From: an uncultured delta proteobacterium
GTDB lineage: Bacteria > Desulfobacterota > RBG-13-43-22
Assembly (NCBI GenBank): GCA_963843145.1
Contig: CAWJJC010000028.1
Location: 722,171-786,170, forward strand
DNA: 64,000 nt
Reading direction: 5' to 3'
A model generated the notes under the pieces. The model was not told the origin of the DNA. It saw only the letters and a list, made by a program, of their open reading frames with translations, and ran no database searches. The position numbers and the translations under genes are program-made. This document shows positions 50,354 through 61,388 of this stretch, in pieces (the stretch's first letter is position 1; each line of letters begins with the position of its first letter).

Positions 50354-52612
50354 GTGTCTGAAATCGAAAAAACAAAGGAAGGTCTGGAGCAGGCCTCTTT
50401 GTCCGTAGGCGGCATGAGCTGCGCCGCTTGCGTAGTTCGGGTGGAGCGGGCTTTGGGAGAACTGGAAGGGGTGGAGCAGGCTGCGGTCAATTTTGCCACC
50501 GAGAAGGCCCAGGTCCGCTTTGATCCCCAGAAAGTCAACCTGGAAACATTCAAAAAGGCCATTGAAGAGGCCGGGTATAAATTTCGAGGGCTGGCCCTGG
50601 CCGAACTGCGGGACCGGGATCGGGAAGAGCGGGAAAAGGAACTAAATCTCCTGAAAAAGAAATTAATTTTCAGTGTGGTGTTGGGGATCATCATCATGGC
50701 CCTCTCCATGCCCCGCTTCTTTCCTTTCCTGAAGGACCTGCCCCAGCAATATCTTTTTGTTCTCGTCTTTATCCTGACCACTCCGGTGCAATTCTGGGCC
50801 GGGAAACAATTTATTACCGGGGCCTGGGGCGCGGCCAGACACGGTAGCGCCGACATGAATACCCTCATCGCCGTAGGCACCCTCTCGGCCTACATCTATT
50901 CGACGGTAGCCACTTTTTTCCCCGGTCTTTTTCAAGCGAGCGGACTGAAGGCGGAGATTTATTTCGACAGCGCGGCCATGATTATCGCCCTCATTTTATT
51001 AGGACGCCTGCTGGAGGCTCGGGCCAAAGGACAAACCTCCGAAGCCATTCGCAAACTGGTGAGTCTGGCCCCCAAAACCGCCCGGGTTATCCGCAATGGG
51101 CAGGAGCTGGACATTCCCCTCGAGGAGGTCAAGAAGGGGGACCTCCTTCGCGTGCGCCCGGGGGAGAAGGTCCCGGTGGACGGCCGGGTGAGGGAAGGCC
51201 AATCGGCGGTGGATGAATCCATGCTGACCGGGGAGAGCCTGCCGGTGGAGAAGAAACCCGGGGACGAGGTCATCGGGGCCACCTTGAACAAGAGTGGCAG
51301 TTTCACCTTCGAAGTCACCCGCGTCGGCGAAGAAACCGCCCTGGCCCAGATCATCCGCCTGGTGGAACAGGCCCAGGGCAGCAAGGCCCCCATTCAGCGC
51401 CTGGCCGATAAAGTGGCCGGGATTTTCGTCCCGGTGGTGATGGTCATTGCCTTGCTTACTTTTATGGTCTGGTACCTCTGGGGCCCACCGCCCACGCTCA
51501 CCCGGGCCCTAATGAATTTTGTCGCCGTCATGATCATCGCCTGTCCCTGCGCCCTGGGTCTGGCCACCCCCACAGCCATCATGGTCGGCACAGGGAAGGG
51601 GGCCGAGAACGGCATCCTGATCAAGGGAGGAGAAAGCCTGGAATCCATTCACACCCTGACCACCATTGTTTTTGATAAGACCGGGACCCTGACCAAGGGG
51701 CAATTGAAGGTGACCGACATTGAACCCGCGTCCGGACAGCAGGCGGAGGAGGTCTTAGCCCTGGCGGCCGCCATGGAGCAGGGTTCGGAACACCCCCTGG
51801 GTGAGGCCATTGTCCGGAGGGCCAAAGAGCAGGGGCTGCCTCTCGAAACCGTGGAGGATTTTGAGGCCCTGGCCGGATTGGGTGTTCGGGCTTCCCAGGG
51901 GGGGCAAAAACTGCTCCTGGGCAACCGGCGGCTCATGCTCTTCGAAGGGATTTCTTTGTCGGAATTCGAGGAAAACGAAGCCCGGCTGGCCGGGCAGGGC
52001 AAGACGCTCATGTTCCTGGCCCGGGAAAGCCTTCTCCTGGGCGTATTCGCCCTGGCCGACACCCTGAAGGAGCACGCCATCGAGGCCGTGGCTTCTCTGA
52101 AGGAAATGGGCCTGGAGGTGATCATGCTCACCGGCGATAACCGGCAGACGGCCGAAGCCATCGGCCGATTGCTCCACCTGGACCGGGTGATTCCCGAGGT
52201 GCTGCCCGAGGACAAGACCAGTCAGATTCAGGCCCTCCAGGCCCAGGGAAAAAAAGTGGCCATGGTCGGTGACGGCATCAACGACGCTCCGGCCCTGGCC
52301 CAGGCCGACGTGGGCATTGCCATCGGCAGCGGCACCGACGTAGCGATAGAGGCCTCGGATATCACCCTGATCCGCGACGATCTGCGGGTCATCATCACCG
52401 CCATCCGACTCTCCCGGCGGACCATCCAGACCATCCGCCAAAACCTCTTCTGGGCCTTCTTCTATAATATCCTGGGTATTCCCATTGCCGCCGGTACCCT
52501 TTACCCCTTCTGGGGAATCCTGCTCAACCCGATCCTGGCCTCCGCGGCCATGGCCTTCAGCTCGGTCTCGGTGGTCAGCAATTCCTTACGTTTGCGAAGG
52601 TTTAAGGTGTGA
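50354..52612 (+). CDS. copA: copper-translocating P1B-type ATPase
   Basis: [33 protein letters not shown]. Confidence 0.95.
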   Translation: MSEIEKTKEGLEQASLSVGGMSCAACVVRVERALGELEGVEQAAVNFATEKAQVRFDPQKVNLETFKKAIEEAGYKFRGLALAELRDRDREEREKELNLLKKKLIFSVVLGIIIMALSMPRFFPFLKDLPQQYLFVLVFILTTPVQFWAGKQFITGAWGAARHGSADMNTLIAVGTLSAYIYSTVATFFPGLFQASGLKAEIYFDSAAMIIALILLGRLLEARAKGQTSEAIRKLVSLAPKTARVIRNGQELDIPLEEVKKGDLLRVRPGEKVPVDGRVREGQSAVDESMLTGESLPVEKKPGDEVIGATLNKSGSFTFEVTRVGEETALAQIIRLVEQAQGSKAPIQRLADKVAGIFVPVVMVIALLTFMVWYLWGPPPTLTRALMNFVAVMIIACPCALGLATPTAIMVGTGKGAENGILIKGGESLESIHTLTTIVFDKTGTLTKGQLKVTDIEPASGQQAEEVLALAAAMEQGSEHPLGEAIVRRAKEQGLPLETVEDFEALAGLGVRASQGGQKLLLGNRRLMLFEGISLSEFEENEARLAGQGKTLMFLARESLLLGVFALADTLKEHAIEAVASLKEMGLEVIMLTGDNRQTAEAIGRLLHLDRVIPEVLPEDKTSQIQALQAQGKKVAMVGDGINDAPALAQADVGIAIGSGTDVAIEASDITLIRDDLRVIITAIRLSRRTIQTIRQNLFWAFFYNILGIPIAAGTLYPFWGILLNPILASAAMAFSSVSVVSNSLRLRRFKV

Positions 52613-52904
52613 GGGGAGATGAAGAGAAGAGAGGGGAAGACGGAGATGGAAGAGGGAAGAAGGAAGATGGAAGCGATGGGGCCGGTTGGGACGGATCAGG
52701 CGAGGCGGATCCACCTTGTTTGAATATGCCATCAACTCCTGCAGAAGCAGGCCGCCATTTGCTTTGCAAACCATGCGTCGAAACCGGGCCGGCGGTGGAG
52801 GCCAAGGTTTTTTCATCCTGAAGCGCCTGTCCGGGGCGGTTACCCGCAACGCATGAAAACCCTACACCCTACACCCGAACCCCTCAACTGTTAAGGAGGA
52901 ATTA

Positions 52905-53783
52905 TCAGGTCTTCTCTTTCCAGAGGGCCCAGAAGCTTTCCGGCGGGGCCTGAAGATAATCCCGCATGGGAACGCACTTGACCCGGAAGAGAAAAAAAAC
53001 CGGGCAGGGGAGGGATCGGGGATAGAGGGTTTCAAAATTGGCCATCCCTTTCGAGAGGACCAGGTCGGCTTGCCCCAGGACCTGTCTAAATGGGTCTGAA
53101 ATCCGGTCCCACTCCATTCCCACCCCGTCGGTGCCGGTATCCCTCACCTCCGGAAAGACCTCCGCCAGTCCGGCAGCGGACATTTCTTCCCGGGTCAGGT
53201 CATTCAGGGCCGGGCCCCCTTTAACCCCCAGAATAACCCGGCTGGCGTACTTGCGCAACTGTTGAAAGAGGGGGAGGTCAAAAAAAATTTCACCGGAATT
53301 ATCGGTCAGGTAGAGGATCGTTCCAGGCTTCTCCTGAAGAAATTTTTCCAGGTGGTCGCGATCGTCATGGTAAAAAGGAATATCCAAACCTTGCCGATCG
53401 GCCACTTGAGACAAAGCTTCCTCCGGTTCCTTGAAAAAATCAAAGGAATTGCCTAAAGCCGCCAGGGAGATGCATTCCTTCAAATCCCGCGGCGGCCTCT
53501 GCAGGAAATAAACGCTGGCCTCCCGGGCCAGTTGCATTTCGTGTTTTTTCGCCTCCCGGTAGGGGTCTTCATTCCCGGATACTTGGCGAATTACCCGGTA
53601 GACCCGGTTGGCCACCTCCGGGGAGGACAACCCGGTGGGGAGATTCGCCTCCAGGGTCTTCAGGGCTTCGGCTTCGGTCCGACAGCGCAGCCGCTCATCC
53701 TGACCCGCCGCCATCCGGGAGGCTTCTCGGGCTAAACCGCTGAGGCAATCCGAGCACTGGGGATAGGGGTTCAGAGGCACCAT
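52905..53783 (-). CDS. ARMT1/DUF89 damage-control phosphatase
   Basis: CSDCL, DPY, GNSFD, DNSGE, LND, KGMANFE. Confidence 0.88.
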   Translation of the reverse strand: MVPLNPYPQCSDCLSGLAREASRMAAGQDERLRCRTEAEALKTLEANLPTGLSSPEVANRVYRVIRQVSGNEDPYREAKKHEMQLAREASVYFLQRPPRDLKECISLAALGNSFDFFKEPEEALSQVADRQGLDIPFYHDDRDHLEKFLQEKPGTILYLTDNSGEIFFDLPLFQQLRKYASRVILGVKGGPALNDLTREEMSAAGLAEVFPEVRDTGTDGVGMEWDRISDPFRQVLGQADLVLSKGMANFETLYPRSLPCPVFFLFRVKCVPMRDYLQAPPESFWALWKEKT

Positions 53784-54093
53784 GGGCAGCGGGGACGGTC
53801 GGCGAGTCCGATAGGTTAAAGAGGATAACATAAAGATCCGGCTCCTGGGAATTCAGCCTTCGAAGGTCGTGATTTTGGACCTTTCTTCCAAGAGTACCCT
53901 TCCTAAAGATTTCGTCAAGTTTTTAAAATCAACATTCGGCGCTTTTTATGCTAATAGAAGAGTGGAAAAAAAGGCGGCCATCATAGTCTGCAAGCCCTGC
54001 GCGGAAACCCGCCTGATCGGCGAGGATGATCTTCCCCCGGGCTGCAAAATAGGGACGGGCGTCACCCTGATTGACCTGGCGTTTGATTTTGGC

Positions 54094-54195
54094 CGTCATA
54101 CCGGACTTGATCCGGTATCCAGGGCATTGGGGGGCTTCACCGGCCCTGGATTCCGGATCGCGTCACGCCTTAGGCGTGACTTGTCCGGAATGACG
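54094..54195. repeat. CGTCAT...ATGACG palindromic repeat, copy B
   Basis: CGTCATACCGGACTTGATCCGGTATCCAG...CTGGATTCCGG...CCGGAATGACG. Confidence 0.78.
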
Positions 54196-54265
54196 AGCTA
54201 ATTCTTAATGAGCTAAGTCAATAGGCATAATAATCAATAATCAATAATCAATTGTTAATTGTTGA

Positions 54266-54655
54266 TACTAACGGTCTCGAAACAATATTGACAGGGTTCA
54301 TTAACGCCGCCAGTAATAACCAAAGACAAAAGACGATCTCTCACAGAGCACGCAGAGCTCGCAGAGAAATATAATTTTTGATTGCCGCTGAGGGGCCGGC
54401 AATCAAAAAAAGATCTCCTGCTCCGCGAAAAAAGGGTATTGGCCGTAGGCCTTCAGGAAATGTTTCATGGCCGAAGGCTTTTAGCGGCTAGGAAACATTT
54501 CCTCGCCGGAGGCGTGAGTTGTTTTGAAAAATCGGCGTCTCAGCGATTTTTCAAAAGATCCATTCGTCTTTCTCTGTGCCCTCTGAGAACTCGAGCGAAG
54601 CGGGCGAGAGATAAAAAGAACAGCCCGTGTATTTACAATTAAGAGACTGTTAATA
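54266..54655. mobile_element. MITE-like element, copy 2 (long)
   Basis: TACTAACGGTCTC / GAGACTGTTAATA termini, TA at both ends. Confidence 0.72.
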
Positions 54656-54736
54656 TCTCCAAATTTCAAACTGGGAGGCAAAAAATGAAAAACTATCAGA
54701 GTTCAAATTACACGAGTAAGGTGAAATTCGCCCCAG

Positions 54737-55594
54737 CTAGCCCTTCACCGCTCCCAGGGTCAGTCCGCTGATAAACCGGTCCAGAAAAAAATTGTAGACG
54801 ATGGCCACCGGCAGGGAGGCGATCAGGCAGCCCGCCATCAGGGCCCCCCAGTTGTAAACGTCCCCGTGAACCAGGAAGGTGGGCACCCCGACGCTGATGG
54901 TGTACTGGGAAGCGGTGGTGACCAGGGTCAGGGTGTAGATGTACTCCTGCACCACCAGGGTGAAGCTGAAGATGACCACGGTCAGGATCCCCGGGACGGA
55001 GATGGGGATGACCATGCGGATGAAGGCCCCCAGCCGGCTGCAGCCGTCGATCATGGCCGCTTCCTCCAGATCTTTGGGGATGGCCTTAAAAAAACCCATC
55101 AGCAGCCAGATGGCAAAGGGAACGGTGAACGACGGAAAGACGACGACCAGGGCCCAGAGGGAATCCTGCAGCCCCAGGCTGGCCACCACCCGGGACATGG
55201 GGATAAACAAAATGGTGGGAGCGACCAGGTAAGTCAGGAAGATGCCGATCCCCAACCGTTCTCCGGTGCGGCCGCTGAGGCGGACCAGGCTGTAGCCCGC
55301 GGGGATGGCCAGGAGCAGGGTAATGGCCACTACCAGGGTTCCCACGAAGGCGGTGTTCAGCAGCCAGCGATAGAAGAGGGTATCCAAAAAGAGGGTTTTG
55401 ATGTGGGTCAGGGTAGGGGGCAGGTTGAAGAGGAAGGGGTTGTTGGTGCGGTTATAAAGATCCGCGTTTTGTTTGAAGGCGGTGATCAGCATCCAGAGGA
55501 AAGGCAGGCTGGCAAAGAGAGCGAAGACGGCCAGCCCCAGGACATGGGCGACTTTCAAGACTACCCCTTTGAACCCTTTTTCAACATAATCCAT
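54737..55594 (-). CDS. carbohydrate ABC permease (MalG-like)
   Basis: EEAAMIDG motif. Confidence 0.92.
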   Translation of the reverse strand: MDYVEKGFKGVVLKVAHVLGLAVFALFASLPFLWMLITAFKQNADLYNRTNNPFLFNLPPTLTHIKTLFLDTLFYRWLLNTAFVGTLVVAITLLLAIPAGYSLVRLSGRTGERLGIGIFLTYLVAPTILFIPMSRVVASLGLQDSLWALVVVFPSFTVPFAIWLLMGFFKAIPKDLEEAAMIDGCSRLGAFIRMVIPISVPGILTVVIFSFTLVVQEYIYTLTLVTTASQYTISVGVPTFLVHGDVYNWGALMAGCLIASLPVAIVYNFFLDRFISGLTLGAVKG

Positions 55595-55595
55595 C

Positions 55596-56540
55596 TCAGG
55601 CTACCTCCGAACGTCGGGCGATCTGCAGCATGACAATGGCTACGGCCACCAAAATGGGAAAGAGGAAGAGGGCATAGGCGGCCCCTCCGGCCAGGTCGCC
55701 GGCGTCGATGCCCGTAAAAAAGGCCTGGGTGACCAGGACCTGGGTGGAGTCGAAAGGCCCGCCCCGGGTCAGGACCAGGATGATGATGATGTCCGTGGCC
55801 GAAAAGACGATGCCGAACAGGACGGCCACCAGCATGATGGGCAGCATCATGGGAATGGTGATCTGAAACAAGGTGCGGAAATAGCCGGCCCCGTCCACCA
55901 GGGCCGCATCCTTGATATCCGGAGGTATGGAAGACAGTCCGGCCAGGATGATGACCGTGGCCAGGGGGAGCATCCGCCAAACGTGGATGGTGATGATGGA
56001 AATCATGGCCAAAGAAGGTTTGCCCAGCCACATGGGCCAGAAATCCTTGCCGAACAACCCCGAGTGCTGCAGCAGCCAGTTAATGGGGCTGTAGATGGAA
56101 TCGAGCATCCAGAGCCAGCCGATAACCCCCAGGGAGATGGGGGCCACGTAGGGCATCAGGATCAGTGCCCGGACAAAAAATTTTCCCTTGAAGTCTTTGA
56201 GCAGCATCAGGGCCAGGATCTTGGCCAGCACCACTACGATCAATTGGGAGACAAAGGTAAAGAGTAGGGTGTTTTTTAAGGCCGTTCGGAATTCGGGGGT
56301 GCCGATCAGCGTTTTGTATTTCTGCAGTCCCACGAAATGATACTGGGCGCTGCCGATGGTGACATCGCTCAGGCTGTACAAGAAGGCCAGCACCAGGGGG
56401 TAGCCTACCAGGGCCAGCACATAGAGAAACGCCGGGGCGATCATTAGAAAGCCCAGCGCCTTTTCGTTGTCCAGGAGATAATGCCACTGCCGGCCCCGGG
56501 GACTGATCCCGTTGACCGGGGTATTGACGCGGGAAGCCAT
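55596..56540 (-). CDS. carbohydrate ABC permease (MalF-like)
   Basis: DAALVDGA motif, multiple TMs. Confidence 0.92.
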   Translation of the reverse strand: MASRVNTPVNGISPRGRQWHYLLDNEKALGFLMIAPAFLYVLALVGYPLVLAFLYSLSDVTIGSAQYHFVGLQKYKTLIGTPEFRTALKNTLLFTFVSQLIVVVLAKILALMLLKDFKGKFFVRALILMPYVAPISLGVIGWLWMLDSIYSPINWLLQHSGLFGKDFWPMWLGKPSLAMISIITIHVWRMLPLATVIILAGLSSIPPDIKDAALVDGAGYFRTLFQITIPMMLPIMLVAVLFGIVFSATDIIIILVLTRGGPFDSTQVLVTQAFFTGIDAGDLAGGAAYALFLFPILVAVAIVMLQIARRSEVA

Positions 56541-56549
56541 CGGGTCTCC

Positions 56550-57581
56550 TTAGAGGGGCAGGGGCTTGGTGCGTCCCCCGGTACGGTGGTCGAAAAATTT
56601 AACCAGTCCCTGGGGAACGGCAAAATTATAGGTCTGGCCGGCCTCTATCGGATAATGGGTAAAACTGGTCGGCAGGTTCGCTACCACCGGTGCCCGGTTG
56701 AATTTGTCGTCCATCTTTCCGTAAATGAGGCGGCCGGCGCCCAGGTCCTCCACCCGGGTCACCTCGAATTCCAAGGGCAACGATTCGCAATGGCTGTACA
56801 ATTCCCGGGGCAGAAAATTTTCCGGGCGGAAGCCGACGAGATGATGGTCGAATTCCACCAGGTTCATGGGCGGGGAGCCCAGAAAGCCGGCCACGAAGAT
56901 ATCGGCGGGGTCGTTGTAGACCTCGTCCGGCGTCCCCAATTGGCACAACTTTCCCTGGTTGATGACCGCGATGCGGTCACCCATGCCCATGGCTTCCACC
57001 TGGTCATGGGTGACATAGATGGTGGTGATGCCCACGTCTTTTTGGAAACGGTAAAGTTCTTCCCGGGCCGAGGCCCGCAGCTTGGCGTCCAGGTTGGAGA
57101 GGGGTTCGTCCAGGAGGAAGACATTGGGTTCACGGACCAGGGCCCGGGCCAGGGCCACCCGCTGGCGCTCGCCACCGGAAAGTTCCCGGGGTTTCCGATG
57201 GGCCAGATGGTAGATTTTAAAGAGGGAGGCCGCCCACTCCACTTTCCGCCGGATTTCCTCTTTGTTCATCTTGGCGGACTTCAGAGGGAAGGCGATATTG
57301 TTGTAAATGGTCAGATGGGGGTAGAGGGCGTAGCTTTGAAAGACCATGGCAATGCCGCGGGCCCGCGGGGGCAGGTGGGTGACCACCTGCCCCCCGATCA
57401 GGATATCTCCCTGGGTGGGTTTTTCCAGCCCGGCGATCATCCTCAGCAGCGTGGTCTTACCGCAGCCCGAGGGGCCCAGCAACACCAGAAATTCCCCTTC
57501 CCGGCTGAGGAGGTCGATTCCGTCCACCGCTTTGACGTCACCGAAGTGTTTCTCCAGTCCTCGCGTTTCGACAATGGCCAA
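56550..57581 (-). CDS. carbohydrate ABC ATP-binding protein (MalK-like)
   Basis: GPSGCGKT, LSGGERQR, DEPLSNLD. Confidence 0.95.
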   Translation of the reverse strand: MAIVETRGLEKHFGDVKAVDGIDLLSREGEFLVLLGPSGCGKTTLLRMIAGLEKPTQGDILIGGQVVTHLPPRARGIAMVFQSYALYPHLTIYNNIAFPLKSAKMNKEEIRRKVEWAASLFKIYHLAHRKPRELSGGERQRVALARALVREPNVFLLDEPLSNLDAKLRASAREELYRFQKDVGITTIYVTHDQVEAMGMGDRIAVINQGKLCQLGTPDEVYNDPADIFVAGFLGSPPMNLVEFDHHLVGFRPENFLPRELYSHCESLPLEFEVTRVEDLGAGRLIYGKMDDKFNRAPVVANLPTSFTHYPIEAGQTYNFAVPQGLVKFFDHRTGGRTKPLPL

Positions 57582-57592
57582 GGCAAATCCTC

Positions 57593-58958
57593 CTACATGA
57601 CTCCTTTATCCCGCCACTTCTTGAAAATGGCCTGGCAGCGCACGTCGGCGGCCTTGATGGCCTCCTCCGGTTTCATCTGGCCGACGGCCGCCTTGGCAAA
57701 CATGGTGGGAATGACCCAGGTGCTGAAGACCTCGTCAATGGCCGCGGTGGCATACCCCGGGTAGCCCACGTTGGTGGCCCAATTCAACACGTCCTCCAAA
57801 ACCAGGTACTTATCAGGCGGTTGCGCATTCTTATCATTGGAAATCAGCTTCTTGAGGTCCGGGACGGTCTTGGCGAAGCAGGGGAAGTTATAGAATTCGC
57901 TGGCCAGGAAGGCCTCCCGGAAGTTAAGGATATAATCGACCAGGAATTTCTTGGCCCCCGCGATGTTTTCGGCGAATTTCCAGATGCAGTAGACGTCCAT
58001 GACGTGTTCCAGTCCGATGCGGCGCACCGGACCTTTGGCGGCCTTGGCGATCTGGATTTTTTTAGACATGTCCGGGTTTTCCTTTTCCGCCACTCGCGTG
58101 ACGGAAATGGCGTTCAAGATCAGGGACCCCTTTCCGGAAAGGATGAAACGGTTGTTGGAGGAGGCGTCCCAGGTGAAAACTTCCTCGGTCATGGTCTCCT
58201 TGATACAAGGCCATGACGAATTTAACCGCCTCCAGGGTCTGCTTGGAGTTAAGGACCAGGTTACCGTTGGCGTCCTGGACGGAGGCGCCGAAGGAATACA
58301 TGATGGCCCGCATGGCCATGCTGGTGTCGAGCTCCGAGGCCAGGCCGATCCCCACCGGGATGTTGTGTTTCTTCTTGATCAAGGCCCCGCCCCTGCGGAT
58401 GTCATCCCAACTGTCCGGAAACACGCCCACGTCGTCCCAGAGGTCCTTGCGGTAGTTGATCGGGTCGGGGACAAAGCTGTCGGAAAAGCCGTAGTACTTC
58501 TTGGTCTTGGGGTTGTAGGTGCTCTTGACGGCCAGGTCGATGGGCTTGCCGTATTTTCGTCCCACCTCCTCGTAAATTTCCTTGTGGTCGATGACCTGGT
58601 CTTCCATGTCCGGCTTCGGCCAGAGGAACATGAAGAGGTCATGGCCTTTCTTGGCGGAAACTTCGGCGGCGGCCCGGGAATTCAACTGGGTCAGACCGAT
58701 GGTGTCGACGACCACCTCGGTGTCGTTCTTGGCCCCCCATTCCTTGGTGTACTTATTTTTGAACCATTCGTCGTACCCGGGGACGAAATGCACCCATTGG
58801 AGGATGGTTAACTTTTTCTTCTGGGCCGCGCCGAAACGCGGAAAAACCAGGTCACCGGCCCCGACCAGCGCCGCCCCGGCCAGTCCGGTTTTGATAAACT
58901 GACGCCGACTGATAACCCCGATCCTTCGCCCCTTCAAACCTTTGGTTTCAAAAGCCAT
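57593..58958 (-). CDS. Tat-exported ABC substrate-binding protein, frameshift near 58200
   Basis: SRRQFIK Tat motif; two overlapping ORFs join with one indel. Confidence 0.85.
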
Positions 58959-59067
58959 ACTGTTCCTCCTTTTTTATAGGTTATGGGTTAAATCCAAAAA
59001 CAATAAAAACAGGGGACAATAAATTAAGAGCGAATACTTTTTATACGGCTCCCGTTAAGACTGGGCA

Positions 59068-59370
59068 TATTAACAGTCTCTTATTTTTATTTACAGGGGG
59101 TGTTCTTTTTATCTCTCGCCCGCTTCGCTCGAGTTCGCCGAGGGCGCAGAGAAAGACCAAGTAGTTTTTGAAAAATCGCTGAGACGCCGATTTTTCAAAA
59201 GAACTCGCGCCTCCGGCGGGGATTCCTTCGCGGAGCGACGAGTTTTTTCAATTGCCGGCCCCTCACCGGCAATTGAAAATTTATCTTTTCTCTGCGATCT
59301 CTGTGCGCTCTGTGAGAGATCGTCTTTTGTCTTTGGTTGTGACTGGGCGTTATGGAATCCCGTCAATATT
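59068..59370. mobile_element. MITE-like element, copy 3 (inverted, one terminus missing)
   Basis: TATTAACAGTCTC end and reverse-complement internal blocks of copy 2. Confidence 0.68.
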
Positions 59371-59993
59371 ACTACAATTATCGTAATGACGTCTGGGGAG
59401 AAAAATAAAAAACCCCGCATTGACTTTGTCAATACGAGGCGGAGACGGGTCAGGTCACTGGCAATCCTTTCATTCCGCGAAAAGGTTGACGGTTAAACCG
59501 CAGGTTCATTTCTAATTCGAATTGGATGTTAATCATACTTTAAATCAAATGTCAAAAAAATATAAACCTATTGACAAATTCTTACTCTTTCCATAGAGTT
59601 ACTTATAACAATCAAGAGTCAAAAGACCACGGAGGGGAGAACCAACTGGAAGCAAATAAATCCGTCGAGACTATAAACGAAGAGCTTCTATTGACCGCAG
59701 CGGCCTTCAAAGCCACCTAATATTAAGGAGACCATCCAAGGTTGCCTGGGAGCTTTTAATCAAAGGGCTCAGGTGGTCAGTCCCAGAGAGAAAATGCTCG
59801 AGGTGACCGTCGCTTGACGCGATTAGGATCCTATCCCGGAGGAGAAGTAAAGAGGGCGTTCCTCCGGGCGGGTTGGGCTAAATCGCGGCAACCAGGGAGC
59901 CATTGACGGAACGGATTGAAAGCTTTCGAGTTTGCCGTCAATTCTCAAATGATGTATAGTATTAAGCACTACTTTTTCGATATGGGGGATAAT

Positions 59994-60227
59994 ATGAAAA
60001 CCATGAGTGCGGCCGAAGCCAATCGATATTTTTCGTCTCTCCTGAAGGACGTTGCCCGGGGTGAAGAGATTTTAGTGGTGGCCCGGGGCAAACCGGTGGC
60101 CAGGGTTTTGCCTTTTGATTCGGCGTCCTCCGAACGCGAATCGGCCCGGGCTTCTTTACTGGCTCGTTTGCGGGGGCAAACCCCCAGCGGCCGGCGCAAC
60201 TGGAGACGCGATGAACTCTACGATTAG
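59994..60227 (+). CDS. Phd/YefM-family antitoxin
   Basis: MKTMSAAEANRYFSSLL..GEEILV..RGKPVAR. Confidence 0.88.
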   Translation: MKTMSAAEANRYFSSLLKDVARGEEILVVARGKPVARVLPFDSASSERESARASLLARLRGQTPSGRRNWRRDELYD

Positions 60228-60233
60228 GCCGCC

Positions 60234-60422
60234 ATGCGGATAACTCTTGACACCGATGAATATCTCTACGAGACCCTGATCCTAGCCCTCCTGGCCCTGA
60301 TCGTCCTGCTCGCTGTCTGGCACCAGGCCCGGGAAGTCATCTACCTCCGGCAAATCCGGAGGCTTGAAATTTACCGGCCCCTCAAAGGGGCCTGGCCCGA
60401 AACTCATACTTTATGGATCTGA
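60234..60422 (+). pseudogene. PIN/VapC toxin N-terminal stub fused to unrelated hydrophobic ORF
   Basis: MRITLDT resembles a PIN start; remainder is not PIN-like. Confidence 0.55.
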
Positions 60423-60461
60423 ACCTTTGGGTTAATCCTCATCCCCATATATCTTTCCGGT

Positions 60462-60664
60462 CGTCACCCCGGCCATTCGACAAAGCTCATGGCCCTTCGA
60501 CTTACTCAGGGCCATGAGCTTTGTCGAATGGCCGGGGTCCAGGGCTCTCCCCAGCTTGGCCAAGCTCCTGGATTCCGGATCAACGCCTGCCCCGGACCAC
60601 GATCCAGGGTCCGGAATGACGACTTACCGGGAATATTGATTTCCTCTTTGGCGATATCCCTAAA
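60462..60664. repeat. CGTCA...ATGACG palindromic repeat, copy C, with nested hairpin
   Basis: Shares core and tail with copy A; perfect palindromic insert at about 60473-60531. Confidence 0.8.
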
Positions 60665-60714
60665 GAAATTATTTATTTAACTTTAATTGGTTATGGGACG
60701 ATAATCTGAAAGAC

Positions 60715-60864
60715 CGTTTATTTCGTTTGTTTGGTTTATTTCGTTAATATCGTTATAGGCTTTCGTACAAGAGAAATTTTCTTCTTAGCAAACCAAGGGT
60801 AATTTGACTCAATAGAGATTAAACCAAACAAACGAAACAACCGAAATAAACTATATAAACGAAA
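60715..60864. repeat. 9-mer repeat hairpin H1
   Basis: TTTATTTCG-type arm and AAACGAAAY-type arm. Confidence 0.8.
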
Positions 60865-61248
60865 ATGTCTAAAATAACCCGATTTGAAGATCTTGAATGC
60901 TGGCAGGAGGCTCGAAAGTTGGTTCAGGAGGTCTACAAGATTTGCAGGAATCCAAATTTTAAGAAGGATTTCAGGCTAATTGGACAAATCCAGGGAGCGG
61001 CCATTTCAACCATGGCCAATATTCCTGAAGGGTTTATTAGGAAATCTGCGAAAGAGTTCATCCAGTTTTTGTATATCTCTTTGTCATCGGCCGCCGAAGT
61101 CCAAAGCCATCTTTATGTCGCCTTGGACCAGGAATATATAACAATGGGAGAGTTCGAGAAAGTCTTTAACCAGGCGAATAAAACCGCCATGATTACTTCC
61201 GGACTTATTAAATATCTTCGTAGAAGTTCAACCAAACAAACCAAATAA
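60865..61248 (+). CDS. four-helix-bundle protein (23S-IVS/Avd-like family)
   Basis: RFEDLECWQ..QIQGAAISTMANIPEGF..F..SAAEV. Confidence 0.9.
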   Translation: MSKITRFEDLECWQEARKLVQEVYKICRNPNFKKDFRLIGQIQGAAISTMANIPEGFIRKSAKEFIQFLYISLSSAAEVQSHLYVALDQEYITMGEFEKVFNQANKTAMITSGLIKYLRRSSTKQTK

Positions 61249-61381
61249 GGGCCGTTTATTTCGTTGATATGGTTTATTTGGTTTATATCGTTAAATACAT
61301 TAAAAGGCTTTCAGACGACGTGAAATAATTGTACGAAATAACTAAACAAACCAAACAAACGAAATAAACGAAACAAACGAT
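61230..61381. repeat. 9-mer repeat hairpin H2
   Basis: Same units; an A-rich arm forms the last codons and stop of the gene. Confidence 0.8.
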
Positions 61382-61388
61382 ACTCCCC

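Noticed and set aside
59698-59790. tRNA-Sec or tRNA-Lys genes (GGCCTTCAAAGCC; CTTTTAATCA)
   Set aside because: Only anticodon-loop-like fragments; no cloverleaf
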